Of a stretch of DNA of 64,000 nt, positions 30,160-39,106 are shown one piece after another. The stretch's first letter is position 1. Each line of letters opens with the position of its first letter. The DNA is from an uncultured Gammaproteobacteria bacterium. GTDB lineage: Bacteria; Patescibacteriota; Patescibacteriia; Magasanikbacterales; UBA922. A program made the translations under genes and the position numbers. The DNA is taken from positions 3,901-67,900 of the forward strand of contig CAZQHU010000003.1 in NCBI GenBank assembly GCA_964592785.1. The letters run 5' to 3'. The notes under the pieces are model-generated. The model did no database searches, had not been told where the DNA came from, and saw nothing but the letters and a program-made list of their open reading frames with translations.

Positions 30160-30438
30160 ATGAGAAAAGACATTCACCCAGAATATTTTGAAAATGCCAA
30201 AGTCACTTGCGCTTGTGGCAACAGTTTTGAAGTTGGCTCCACCAAAAAGGAAATTCGCGTTGAGCTCTGCAATGCCTGCCACCCTTTTTATACCGGCAAG
30301 CAAAAATTTGTAGATACTGCCCGTCGCGTGGAAAAATACAAAGAAAAAATGGATAAAGTTGGCCAAGCAGCTGCTGTACGCAAAGGCAAAAAAGTGAAAA
30401 AAGCTGTGACCAAAGCCAAGAAGACCACCAAAAAATAG
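30160..30438 (+). CDS. rpmE: 50S ribosomal protein L31 with a Lys-rich C-terminal extension
   Basis: MRKDIHPEY...CxxC...CxxC. Confidence 0.85.
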   Translation: MRKDIHPEYFENAKVTCACGNSFEVGSTKKEIRVELCNACHPFYTGKQKFVDTARRVEKYKEKMDKVGQAAAVRKGKKVKKAVTKAKKTTKK

Positions 30439-30514
30439 CTTTACAAAATAAAAGACAGACTTGGAATTTTCCGGTCTGTTTTTATTTATTTTTTAAACTG
30501 GTATACTTAAATTT

Positions 30515-31573
30515 ATGAATAATAAATACAAGCAAATCAAAGAAAAATATTTAATACTCGAAAAACAACTACAAGACCCAGCTGTGCTTAATGATACACA
30601 AAAATTAAAAAAAACTTCCCAAGAATATGATGATCTAAAAAATACTTATGAAAAAATAGCTATTTTGGAAAATCTTGAAAGAAATCTTGGCGAAGCTGAA
30701 GTCATTGCCAATGACGAAAACAACGAAGAATTGAGACAGCTGGCAGAAATTGAAGTGGAAGAATTGAAAACTAAAAAACAAGAGCTGGAAAAAGAGTTAG
30801 AAGAACTTACTCGTCCTCAAGATCCATTGGATAAAAAAAATGTTATTATAGAAATTCGTGCTGGCGCTGGTGGTGATGAATCGGCTCTCTTTGCTGGTGA
30901 TCTCATGCGTATGTATCTCAAATATGGAGAAGGTAAAGATTGGAAAGCCAGTCTCATTAGTGAAAATCAAATCGGTATTGGCGGTTACAAAGAAGTCATT
31001 TTTTCTTTATCAGGAAAAAATGTTTATCGGGATATGAAATATGAAATGGGTGTGCATCGCGTACAAAGAGTGCCGGAAACTGAAAAATCTGGACGCATCC
31101 ACACTTCCACTGCTTCGGTGGTAGTGCTTCCTGAGATTGATGAGATTGAATTCAAAATCGATCCCAAGGATCTACGCATTGACACTTTCATGGCTGGCGG
31201 ACATGGCGGACAAAGCGTCAATACTACTTATTCAGCAGTCCGCATTACCCATATTCCTACCGGCCTCGTCACTCAATCACAGGATGAAAGATCTCAACTT
31301 CAAAATAAATTAAAAGCCATGAATGTGATGCGCGCCCGACTCTACGAAATGGAGAGAGAAAAGCAAACCGCGGAAATTGATGCCAAACGCAAAAGCCAAA
31401 TCGGCACTGGGGATCGTAGCGAAAAAATCCGCACTTACAACTATCCCCAAGATCGCATCACTGACCATCGCATCCACGAAAGCTGGAATAATATCGGAAC
31501 CATACTAAACGGAAACTTGAATCCAATAATTGATGCACTGAGAAAGGTTGACTATGAAAGACTTGATAGTTAA
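30515..31573 (+). CDS. prfA: Peptide chain release factor 1
   Basis: GGQ motif ([12 protein letters not shown]) and a PxT-type tripeptide region (PET). Confidence 0.9.
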   Translation: MNNKYKQIKEKYLILEKQLQDPAVLNDTQKLKKTSQEYDDLKNTYEKIAILENLERNLGEAEVIANDENNEELRQLAEIEVEELKTKKQELEKELEELTRPQDPLDKKNVIIEIRAGAGGDESALFAGDLMRMYLKYGEGKDWKASLISENQIGIGGYKEVIFSLSGKNVYRDMKYEMGVHRVQRVPETEKSGRIHTSTASVVVLPEIDEIEFKIDPKDLRIDTFMAGGHGGQSVNTTYSAVRITHIPTGLVTQSQDERSQLQNKLKAMNVMRARLYEMEREKQTAEIDAKRKSQIGTGDRSEKIRTYNYPQDRITDHRIHESWNNIGTILNGNLNPIIDALRKVDYERLDS

Positions 31574-31641
31574 AAAGTTCATCAAGTTCATAAAGTCTTT
31601 AAAGTCACCAACTTTATAAACTTTATAACTTTACAAACTTT

Positions 31642-33099
31642 ATGAACTGGTTCAAAAAATATTACCCTCTTCTTATCATTATTCTACTTGGCCTAATACT
31701 CCGTCTTTTTGTAATAATTAAGTATGGTTCATTCTGGGATGACGAAATGTTCAGCTTTGTTTTTAGTCAAAAATCCTGGACAGAAAGTTTTGTTTATTGG
31801 CTCTATGAAACCAACCCGCCTCTGCACTTGTTGTTTTTGAAAATTTGGTTTTATTTTTTACCGGCTAGCGAATTTTTCGCCAGATTACCCAGTCTCTTAT
31901 TTGCTCTCGCCACCATACCTCTCGTCTATTTACTGGGAAAAAATTGGCAAGGAAAAATGACCGGCTATATCACCGCTTTTTATCTAGCTCTTCATCCTTA
32001 CCATATCTTTTGGTCAGCTACTGCCAGGACTTATACCCTAACAATTTTTTTAACTACCGGCGCAGTTTATTTTTTTTATAAAATATTTTTTCTGGAAGAA
32101 AAAAATAGAAAAAATTATTTGGGTCTGGCCATTTTCAACCTACTCTCACTATTATCACACTTATCCGCTAGCTCAATCATACTCACACAAATTTTGTTAT
32201 TGCTCTACAAAAAAACAAATTTCAAACTCTGGTGGCAGATAAATATTACCCCTCTAATTCTCGCTGGCTCTTGGCTAATCTCTTCGCTTTGGTTGAAAAT
32301 GTCTAATCTAAATAAATCGTGGTTTTTCAATTTGAATCATGATCTAGATACATTTCTCACTCCTCTATCTAATATTTTCCTCGGCGTCTACCCACCAAAA
32401 ATGACTTTACTTTTCATTATTCCCCTACTAATTATTTTGTTTATTTTTCTCAGTAAAAAAATTAAAGAAAAAGCAGAAAAAACTTTTGTCATCTTGGCTA
32501 TCGCTCTCCTACCGATGTTTATTTCTTTTTTCTTAAATCTCTGGCATATCAAATTTTTCCTAGTCAGTTTGCCTTTTTGGCTCTTATTGGTAGCTGGAGC
32601 TTTTGCAGAAGTTTTGAAAAACAAAAAATTAATTTTTATAGCCTTGGGATTATTTTGTAGTAGTGGACTTATTTTTTTATGGTCTTTCTTGCCACTGACA
32701 AACTGGCAACCACTGCAAAAATATCTCACTACAAATTTTAATCCAGCCAAAAAACAAGCTCTGGTTTATAACAACTACATATTGGACCCACAAATAGAAA
32801 AGTACTTGAAACCGCCACAAGAAAACATGCCTTTTGTAATAGAATCAGAAAAAAATTGGGAAGATTGGGCAGTAAAAAGAAATTATCTTTATATTAAATA
32901 CTCCCAAGAACAGCTAACAAATTGGCTATCAAAAAATAATTTATTTGCCAATCAAGAAATCTTTCTTATTCAGGGCGAATATGATTACATGACCAATTTA
33001 AATAAATTACTGGAAAAAAATAATTATATTTTAGAGCAACCTGCTTGGCGTTTGCCTATTCTCGGTCGTTATTATCTCTATCACTATGTCAAAAATTGA
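31642..33099 (+). CDS. GT39/GT83-family glycosyltransferase (ArnT/PMT-like), polytopic
   Basis: N-terminal DDE-containing loop, more than 10 TM helices, and the family architecture. Confidence 0.65.
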   Translation: MNWFKKYYPLLIIILLGLILRLFVIIKYGSFWDDEMFSFVFSQKSWTESFVYWLYETNPPLHLLFLKIWFYFLPASEFFARLPSLLFALATIPLVYLLGKNWQGKMTGYITAFYLALHPYHIFWSATARTYTLTIFLTTGAVYFFYKIFFLEEKNRKNYLGLAIFNLLSLLSHLSASSIILTQILLLLYKKTNFKLWWQINITPLILAGSWLISSLWLKMSNLNKSWFFNLNHDLDTFLTPLSNIFLGVYPPKMTLLFIIPLLIILFIFLSKKIKEKAEKTFVILAIALLPMFISFFLNLWHIKFFLVSLPFWLLLVAGAFAEVLKNKKLIFIALGLFCSSGLIFLWSFLPLTNWQPLQKYLTTNFNPAKKQALVYNNYILDPQIEKYLKPPQENMPFVIESEKNWEDWAVKRNYLYIKYSQEQLTNWLSKNNLFANQEIFLIQGEYDYMTNLNKLLEKNNYILEQPAWRLPILGRYYLYHYVKN

Positions 33100-34006
33100 T
33101 CAGCGTGAAATTGAGTTAATTAAAGCATTTGTGTTGAAAAAACCACGCGAATTTTTTATTGCCCACCCGGAGTACCAAGTTAGCAAGTTAGCAAGTGAAC
33201 AAGTGAATAAGTTGATTAAAAAACGTACTCGTGGTATTCCACTCGCTTATTTACTTGGCAAAAAAGAATTTTTTGGGTTGAATTTTACAGTAAATAAAAA
33301 TGTTTTGATTCCTCGCCCAGAGACAGAACTGATGGTAGAAAAAGTTTTACAAAAAATCAAGAATTCAAAAAACCAAGAAATTATTTTAATTGATATTGGA
33401 ACTGGTACTGGATGTATTCCCATTTCAATCATAAAAACAATTAACCCCACCCTACCCTCCCCTACAAGGGGAGGGAAAGGGAGAGGTTTCGCCGTCTTTG
33501 CCACGGACATCTCCCAACCAGCTTTGTCTGTCGCCAAAAAAAACGCCAAAAAACATAATGTAAAAATAAAATTCCTTCACGGCAACTTGCTTGAACCATT
33601 TCTCTGTCATCCTGAATTTATTTCAGGATCTTTCCCAAAATCAAACCTGCTAAAAAGTATATCTGGAGAAAAGATGCTGAAACAAGTTCAGCATGACATC
33701 ATCATCACCGCCAACCTCCCCTATCTTACACCTCAACAACTTAAACAAGAACCCTCAATAAAACACGAACCTCACCTCGCCCTCGTCGCTGGCAAAGATG
33801 GACTAAAATACTACCGAGAACTTCTTAAACAAATTAATATATTGACTTCGGACTACAGACTACAGACTACAGTTTTTTGCGAAATAAATCCGGAACAAAC
33901 AAAAAATATAAAACTCCTTACTAAAAAAATTCTTCCCCAAGCCAAAATAACCCTCCACCAAGATCTGGCTGGAAAAAATAGAGTGGTGGAGATAATTCCC
34001 CTCTAG
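33086..34006 (+). CDS. prmC: Release factor glutamine N5-methyltransferase PrmC/HemK; contains two in-frame palindromic-element insertions
   Basis: SAM motif IDIGTGTG and NLPY (a variant of NPPY). Classic prfA...prmC linkage. Confidence 0.85.
   Translation: MSKIDQREIELIKAFVLKKPREFFIAHPEYQVSKLASEQVNKLIKKRTRGIPLAYLLGKKEFFGLNFTVNKNVLIPRPETELMVEKVLQKIKNSKNQEIILIDIGTGTGCIPISIIKTINPTLPSPTRGGKGRGFAVFATDISQPALSVAKKNAKKHNVKIKFLHGNLLEPFLCHPEFISGSFPKSNLLKSISGEKMLKQVQHDIIITANLPYLTPQQLKQEPSIKHEPHLALVAGKDGLKYYRELLKQINILTSDYRLQTTVFCEINPEQTKNIKLLTKKILPQAKITLHQDLAGKNRVVEIIPL
33606..33698. repeat. Two-hairpin MITE-like element, copy 2; 93 nt, inserted in frame in prmC
   Basis: It encodes LCHPEFISGSFPKSNLLKSISGEKMLKQVQHD between the SAM-binding region and the NLPY motif. 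Confidence 0.75.
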
Positions 34007-34150
34007 AGAGGGGTGCCCGCTCAAGCGGGTGGGGTGTGTTACAATAGCAAAAATTAAAAACAACGGTCACACACCCCGTCTGCCTCCCGCCTGCCATGCC
34101 TGGCACTGGCGGGCAGGGCGAAGGCATACACCCCTCTCCAGAGGGGATCG
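34001..34150. mobile_element. Cargo-less TIR pair (MITE) of the DUF559-element family
   Basis: CCCCTCTAGAGAGGGGTG-hairpin-GGGGTGTGTTAC, an 18-nt spacer, then CGGTCACACACCCC-long hairpin-CACCCCTCTCCAGAGGGG. Confidence 0.6.
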
Positions 34151-34164
34151 CCTCTTGACAAACC

Positions 34165-34193
34165 CATAAAAATAAGCTATAATGCCCTGTTCT
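34165..34193 (+). promoter_or_regulatory. Consensus promoter TTGACA-17-TATAAT of cassette d
   Basis: TTGACAaacccataaaaataagcTATAAT. Confidence 0.65.
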
Positions 34194-34393
34194 TTGAAAA
34201 TTTTCAAACGGCTTATAAATTAGCCAATTTTTGACTAATGTCTAGGCCGTTTGAGGCTTAGGGAACAGAAAAACTACTGTTGAAGGAGTGGCCTGTATAG
34301 GGGGCAACTACCGAGACCTTTTTGAAGGTCATTACAGCAAGTTTCTGTTTTCCCGACTTCCTGTTCCGCCCGAGGCGGACAAGAGGAGGTACC

Positions 34394-35161
34394 ATGCCCA
34401 GTTTCTCCAACAAGTTCCTGAAAGTGGAGAGCGACCGCTCTCCGGTGGGACAGCGGACCCGTCTGCTGGTCCTCTGGTCATACTTCATGGCCATTCTCCT
34501 GGGTGGCCTGTGGCTGATGCCCAGCTCGATGGCAGTGGCGAACCTGATCCTGATGGGTTTGAACACCCTCATCTTCGCCCGCTGGGTGTCCAAGAATGGG
34601 GTGGATTACTACCCCAAGAAGGAAAACAGAAAATACCCCCCGTTTCTTCCGAGATGGGGAGAGGGTACGCGTCGGTACTACTTCGTACCGGCGATCATGA
34701 CCAGCACGATCTGGTCGGCAGTGTTTTTCGGCTGGAACACCTGGTTCAGCGAAAACTTGTTGTGGATTGTTTTGGGTGTTATGTGCATCCTTCTCGCCAT
34801 CTTTCTGGTCCCCTACCTGTGGGGTAAGAGGGCATCCAGGAAAAGCAAGAGATTCATGGCCCAGCAAGACGAGGAGAGACGAAAGCAGAAGGAGATCGAC
34901 GAGCTGATTCAAGCGGCGATGGGAAGGAAGGAACTCGAGATTTACGAGAGGGAGAAAGAGTTCCTTCGTGACCTGGCAGTAATCATCGCCAACTTCCACT
35001 ACGAAAAGGGAAGAAAGCCCTCGAAGAGGGACGCCGAACTCCGGCAGAAACTCGAGGCGATCCTCGAGTACTTCGTCGGCCCGAGCGAGGCCGAGGCCAT
35101 GGTCGCCGAGGAGCTCTACCGCCTCACTCGTGAGGCGAAGAAGGCCACGGTGGCCACTTAG
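34394..35161 (+). CDS. GC-rich (about 57%) membrane protein of 255 aa: about 4 TM helices plus a charged coiled-coil C-terminus (cassette d)
   Basis: GAGGAGG lies 5 nt upstream of ATG 34394. The overlapping track ORFs 34258-34999 on other frames are GC artefacts. gttcgttcttt follows the stop. Confidence 0.6.
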   Translation: MPSFSNKFLKVESDRSPVGQRTRLLVLWSYFMAILLGGLWLMPSSMAVANLILMGLNTLIFARWVSKNGVDYYPKKENRKYPPFLPRWGEGTRRYYFVPAIMTSTIWSAVFFGWNTWFSENLLWIVLGVMCILLAIFLVPYLWGKRASRKSKRFMAQQDEERRKQKEIDELIQAAMGRKELEIYEREKEFLRDLAVIIANFHYEKGRKPSKRDAELRQKLEAILEYFVGPSEAEAMVAEELYRLTREAKKATVAT

Positions 35162-35180
35162 ACACTGTTCGTTCTTTAGA

Positions 35181-35232
35181 GGGGCGCCGACCGGTTGAGT
35201 TGAGATTTACTTCTCCTCCCGGTCGGCGCCCC
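35181..35232 (+). repeat. Conserved 3' hairpin of cassette d (14-bp stem GGGGCGCCGACCGG / CCGGTCGGCGCCCC)
   Basis: Cassette e carries GTCCGACCGG/CCGGTCGGAC, a compensatory variant, and shares the loop start ttgagtt. Confidence 0.7.
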
Positions 35233-35239
35233 GATGTAA

Positions 35240-35306
35240 TCAAGTGTTTGTAAAATATTTTGTAAATAGTTGAAAATAAAAAATCCGCTGATAAGGCGGT
35301 TTTTTT
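35240..35306 (+). repeat. Conserved cassette 3' module, copy B, plus terminator
   Basis: tcaagtgtttgtaaaatattttgtaaatagttgaaaataaaaaat-CCGCTGataaGGCGG-ttttttt. Confidence 0.8.
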
Positions 35307-35341
35307 GTTTGTCATCCCTTTTGTAAAAGGTAAGATGGGTA

Positions 35342-35370
35342 TTGACAAAAACACAAAAATAAGCCAATAT
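35342..35370 (+). promoter_or_regulatory. Promoter TTGACA-17-CAATAT of cassette e
   Basis: Shares the spacer motif aaaataagc with the promoter at 34165. Confidence 0.55.
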
Positions 35371-35408
35371 TGTTATAGGAAATTCGTCATCTACAGGAGG
35401 TTTTCTCA

Positions 35409-35747
35409 ATGGCAAATAATTATCACTTGTCTGGTCCTTTTTCCTTCGGTATCCTATCTCCAAAGAACAAGGAGGAAAAGTACAGTATTTTCTTCCTGTC
35501 AATTCTTAGGGGCGACGAAGTGCACCGAGCCTATCTCTGCTACTCCAAGCAACAAGTTCGAAACGTGTTTGACCAGTTCAGACCTTGTATTGCACCAGAC
35601 GAACTCAAGATAGCGGAAGATTTCGTAACCCATAACCAGCACGTACCCGAATTCTCGAACCACAAGATGAGGGAATACAACGGACGAGAGGCCGAAGTGT
35701 TCACCGCGCTCATGTCCACTGGGCACTACGCAAGCATTGCCAACTGA
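35409..35747 (+). CDS. GC-rich small protein of 112 aa (cassette e)
   Basis: AGGAGG lies 8 nt upstream of the ATG. A tttcgttctttag motif and a hairpin follow the stop. Confidence 0.55.
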   Translation: MANNYHLSGPFSFGILSPKNKEEKYSIFFLSILRGDEVHRAYLCYSKQQVRNVFDQFRPCIAPDELKIAEDFVTHNQHVPEFSNHKMREYNGREAEVFTALMSTGHYASIAN

Positions 35748-35792
35748 CCATCCGCCCGAGTCAGGGCAAACCAAATTGTTTCGTTCTTTAGC

Positions 35793-35841
35793 GGGTCCGA
35801 CCGGTTGAGTTAATGCCTCCTTGGCATTCTCCCGGTCGGAC
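35793..35841 (+). repeat. Conserved 3' hairpin of cassette e
   Basis: GTCCGACCGG-ttgagtt...-CCGGTCGGAC. Confidence 0.65.
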
Positions 35842-35847
35842 AATCCA

Positions 35848-35925
35848 ATCAAATGTTTGTAAAAATTATTTTGTAAATAGTTGAGAATAAAAAATCACTT
35901 AATAATCTAAGTGATTTTTTATTTT
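35848..35925 (+). repeat. Conserved cassette 3' module, copy C, plus terminator
   Basis: atcaaatgtttgtaaaaattattttgtaaatagttgagaataaaaaat-CACTTaataatctAAGTG-tttttt. Confidence 0.8.
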
Positions 35926-36172
35926 TTAGAACGACAATTGGCTGGGGTTTGGGGCCGCCAACCTGTTTGAGCTAGAAGTGCTTGATGGATATGTATATTA
36001 TTAGTATGGCGAGTCTTGGCGGCCCCAAAACTTTTTTGTTACTTTTTTGGTTACAAAAAAGTAAAGAGTGATTATTTTGTCATAAACTTCGGCAAACTCT
36101 CCTGGCCTACGGGCCACCCTCTCTTGGAAAGAGAGGGATGACAAACATCCACCTATATTTTTATTTTTTGTT

Positions 36173-36577
36173 TCACTGTCTCCTCCACCACAACCCAACA
36201 CAAAACAACACTGCGCCGGTAAGACCATTTGCCAAATCTGCCATAGTGTCTAGTGCTCCTGCTTGATAACGCCAGCCTTGAAAAAGTAAATCATGATAAA
36301 ATTCATATACTTCCCAAACGACAGCAGCAAAACAAGCAAAACCAACCAATAAAAAATACTTAAGCCAAACAGGTTTGAATTCTGCTTTTATATATTTCAA
36401 AAATAAATAAGCGGTCCAAGCAGCCACCAGTCCTCCAATAATATGAAATGGCAAATCTACCCAAGGAAAATTTTCTACAAAAAAATCTTTAAAAAATCTG
36501 AACAAAAATTCATTGAGCAAAAACACCACCCACATTGGTGAGGTGATACGAAAAAATGTTTTTAAAAATTTATTCAT
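36173..36577 (-). CDS. Small polytopic membrane protein (VanZ-like?)
   Basis: ORF track. Start trimmed to MNKF to limit overlap with the upstream gene. Confidence 0.45.
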   Translation of the reverse strand: MNKFLKTFFRITSPMWVVFLLNEFLFRFFKDFFVENFPWVDLPFHIIGGLVAAWTAYLFLKYIKAEFKPVWLKYFLLVGFACFAAVVWEVYEFYHDLLFQGWRYQAGALDTMADLANGLTGAVLFCVGLWWRRQ

Positions 36578-37664
36578 AATTAATTTTGGTATTTTGATTT
36601 GCCACTTCAATCCAAATCTTACCTGGATTAAAAATTATTTCTTCACCATTGACCCCATAAAAACGCGTTCGACCTACCCTATCTTTCTTCACCCAAGTAC
36701 CAGTATAATCCAAACCATTTTGAAAAACTACTGCCTCGCCAGAACCAATAGTTTCCATACCCAGTCTCCCAATACTATCCAAAATTTCAGTTTCAACCTT
36801 TTGGACTATCACCACATCGGCCGCGATCGACATACCATCGGCATCCACATGCGGACGACCCATCTGATAACGTTCATATTTATTGGTGGAAGTATTGTAT
36901 TTCCACACTGCTTCATACACTGGCGGAAGAAATGAGACAGTTAGACTACCAACAATTTCGGAATTTCCTAATTTCTCAATTTCTTCTTTTGTAGTTGTCA
37001 CAAATTTCCAGCTTTTATATTCATCATTCAAATAATTTTCTGAATAACTATTCAAGGCTCTACTACCCAACTCGCTAGAAGTATAAACATTATGCGGAGC
37101 GCTTCTTTCCTGCGCTCGCCAATAATATTGCCCATTATAAAATTCATTTAGATCATTTATTTTATATTTTTTAATCAAATCCAAAGCCTCTGGTGAACCA
37201 CCGACATGCATATAAACCGGTGTACCATATTCTGAAAGCCAATCTAGATAATAAGACCGGGCACTACGCACTGGGCCGATCTTTCCAACTTCCGAGTCAG
37301 CTGGATAAATCGCCAAAAATCTAGTATAGTTGGCTTCTACCGGCGCTTCATAAACAACACTGGCTTTGGATAAGCCCGCCTGCGGACGTGCTTCACTATG
37401 GTTTTCTATCATCACCGCCAAAAGCCGAGGATTCATTTGATCGGACTCTTCCACACAAACTCCATCCAAAAAACGACGAAATTCGCAATCTTTTTGTTCT
37501 TCCAAATTTGACAAATCCACCAAGGCAATTCTATCAATCTTATCAGTGAAATATTGCCAACCAAACCAGACCAATAAAAATAGTCCTACCAAAAAAACCA
37601 ACCCTGCCAAAAGATAGACAAATTGTGCTTGAGTAAATTTAAATTTTTTGAAATTATTCTTCAT
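36570..37664 (-). CDS. DUF3048-domain lipoprotein-like protein (YerB-like)
   Basis: VMIENHSEARPQAGLSKASVVYEAPVE block characteristic of the DUF3048 N-terminal domain, plus an N-terminal TM segment. Confidence 0.65.
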   Translation of the reverse strand: MKNNFKKFKFTQAQFVYLLAGLVFLVGLFLLVWFGWQYFTDKIDRIALVDLSNLEEQKDCEFRRFLDGVCVEESDQMNPRLLAVMIENHSEARPQAGLSKASVVYEAPVEANYTRFLAIYPADSEVGKIGPVRSARSYYLDWLSEYGTPVYMHVGGSPEALDLIKKYKINDLNEFYNGQYYWRAQERSAPHNVYTSSELGSRALNSYSENYLNDEYKSWKFVTTTKEEIEKLGNSEIVGSLTVSFLPPVYEAVWKYNTSTNKYERYQMGRPHVDADGMSIAADVVIVQKVETEILDSIGRLGMETIGSGEAVVFQNGLDYTGTWVKKDRVGRTRFYGVNGEEIIFNPGKIWIEVANQNTKINYE

Positions 37665-37700
37665 AACTTTGACATCATACTACAAAAAAATCAAAAAATC

Positions 37701-37733
37701 AAAAACCGCCCCGCAATATGCGGGGCTGTTTTT
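37701..37733. terminator. Bidirectional terminator
   Basis: aaaaaccGCCCCGCaatatGCGGGGCtgttttt. Confidence 0.6.
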
Positions 37734-37806
37734 GACTGTCCCCGACTGTTCGGTGCGACAGTCGGGATCTCCTTGCTTGTTTGCCCTGAGACGGGCAGAG
37801 AGAACC

Positions 37807-38319
37807 CTAGTTCCAAAGACGCTGAAGCCCTGTGGCTTCCTGTCGCACGATTCCCAAAGCGACAACAGCATCCTTGATGTAGACAGCGATGAGCTGAGAC
37901 AATTCCATCCAAAAGATCCCGGAGTGAATCATGCTGTATTGCATGTTCTTCTTTTCCCTCAGGAATCCTTGGCTCAGCCAATCGGGAAAGTCTATTCCGT
38001 ACAAACTCTCGTCAACAATGAACGAAAGAAACACTGCGAAATAGTCCTCCAAGAGAACGAAACGATCCCTTGGAAAAAACAAATCTGTCAGTTCACGAAT
38101 CCTCTGCTGTTGAACTTGCGGTGCCCGAACAATATCCTTGGGATGACTGGGGAAACCCCAAGTCTGCAAAAGAGGCGCAATCACTCGATGTCCGGGAAAT
38201 TCCAAAAAGGCACGACCCTCCCTTACAAAACCTCCGAAAATCAAACGCCCGGTGACTTGGATTTGTAACTCCCTGTCTCTGTCAGTAACCAAAGAATAAT
38301 CCACCATTTCTCCCTCCAT
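37807..38319 (-). CDS. GC-richer (about 50%) hypothetical protein of 170 aa (cassette f); the overlapping plus-strand 206-aa ORF is the alternative
   Basis: A TTGACA-17-TAAGCT promoter (38344-38372) lies immediately upstream on the minus strand. A stem-loop and the terminator at 37701-37733 lie downstream. Confidence 0.4.
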   Translation of the reverse strand: MEGEMVDYSLVTDRDRELQIQVTGRLIFGGFVREGRAFLEFPGHRVIAPLLQTWGFPSHPKDIVRAPQVQQQRIRELTDLFFPRDRFVLLEDYFAVFLSFIVDESLYGIDFPDWLSQGFLREKKNMQYSMIHSGIFWMELSQLIAVYIKDAVVALGIVRQEATGLQRLWN

Positions 38320-38382
38320 CTTGCTAACAAGCTGTCAGAGACAAGCTTAACAAAAGCATTCTTGACTGTCAATAATTACACA

Positions 38383-38416
38383 TAAAAAAATACCCTCTGG
38401 ATTTTGGGGGTATTTT
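38383..38416 (-). terminator. rplY terminator
   Basis: Minus strand: a hairpin TACCC...GGGTA followed by TTTTTTT. Confidence 0.5.
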
Positions 38417-38431
38417 TTCAATAAAGTTTTA

Positions 38432-39103
38432 TTAATCTTTCTTTTCTTCAGTTTTCTCGCCTTCACCTTCAGTTTCTTCTTTTCCTTTCTTCTCCACTTC
38501 GATCTGGTCAATAGCTGGAGCAGCTGCTTCTTCCATAGCCTTGAGTTCATCCTCACTAAGTGGAGCAGCCACTTTGACAATAACTTGTCCAGCATCCTCA
38601 TTGGCAATAATACCAGCTGGCAATGACAAATCTTTCACATGAATAACTTTTTCAAAAGTATCCAAAACACCCAAATCAATATCAATTTCATTGACCAAAT
38701 CTTTTGGCAAACATTTGATATCTAGAGTATCTTGAGCTTTTACCAAAGTACCACCAAGGGCTTTGACAGCTGGGGCTTCGCCTACAAAATTCAATTTCAC
38801 TGTAGCTTCCATTTCTTTATTCATATTGATCTGACGAAAATCTACATGAGTGACTACGCCCTTGACTGGATCATGTTGTAAATCCTGAATCAACACCTTG
38901 AGCGGAGCACCGCCATCTATACTTAAATCAATAATACTAGCTTCACCAGCTTCATTATAAAGTTTCAAAAACTCATTATAATCAAAAGCCAAAGAAACCG
39001 GTTCCAAACCTGGTCCATAGAGCACACCGGGCAATTGACTTTGGGCACGCAAATCGGCCGCCTGTCCGGCAGTTCTCTTTTTAACAGAAAAACTAAGAGT
39101 CAT
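38432..39103 (-). CDS. rplY: 50S ribosomal protein L25 / general stress protein Ctc
   Basis: Two-domain L25/Ctc sequence with an acidic tail. Confidence 0.85.
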   Translation of the reverse strand: MTLSFSVKKRTAGQAADLRAQSQLPGVLYGPGLEPVSLAFDYNEFLKLYNEAGEASIIDLSIDGGAPLKVLIQDLQHDPVKGVVTHVDFRQINMNKEMEATVKLNFVGEAPAVKALGGTLVKAQDTLDIKCLPKDLVNEIDIDLGVLDTFEKVIHVKDLSLPAGIIANEDAGQVIVKVAAPLSEDELKAMEEAAAPAIDQIEVEKKGKEETEGEGEKTEEKKD

Positions 39104-39106
39104 AAA

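Noticed and set aside
34258-34999. Track ORFs 34258-34593 (minus), 34288-34827 (plus) and 34478-34999 (minus) overlapping cassette d
   Set aside because: These are alternative frames opened by high GC. Only the 34394-35161 frame has an SD, a start context and a membrane-protein-like product.
35181-35232. Cassette 3' hairpins as integron attC sites
   Set aside because: GTTGAGT in the loop fits the GTTRRRY core, but there is no inverse core (RYYYAAC), no intI nearby, and the cassettes carry promoters and are dispersed. The resemblance is only architectural.
37648-38268. 206-aa plus-strand ORF overlapping the 170-aa minus-strand ORF
   Set aside because: It would have to start inside, and antisense to, the DUF3048 gene, with no SD. 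The minus-strand frame has a TTGACA promoter and a downstream terminator. Neither frame is proven, so only the minus one is listed, at low confidence.
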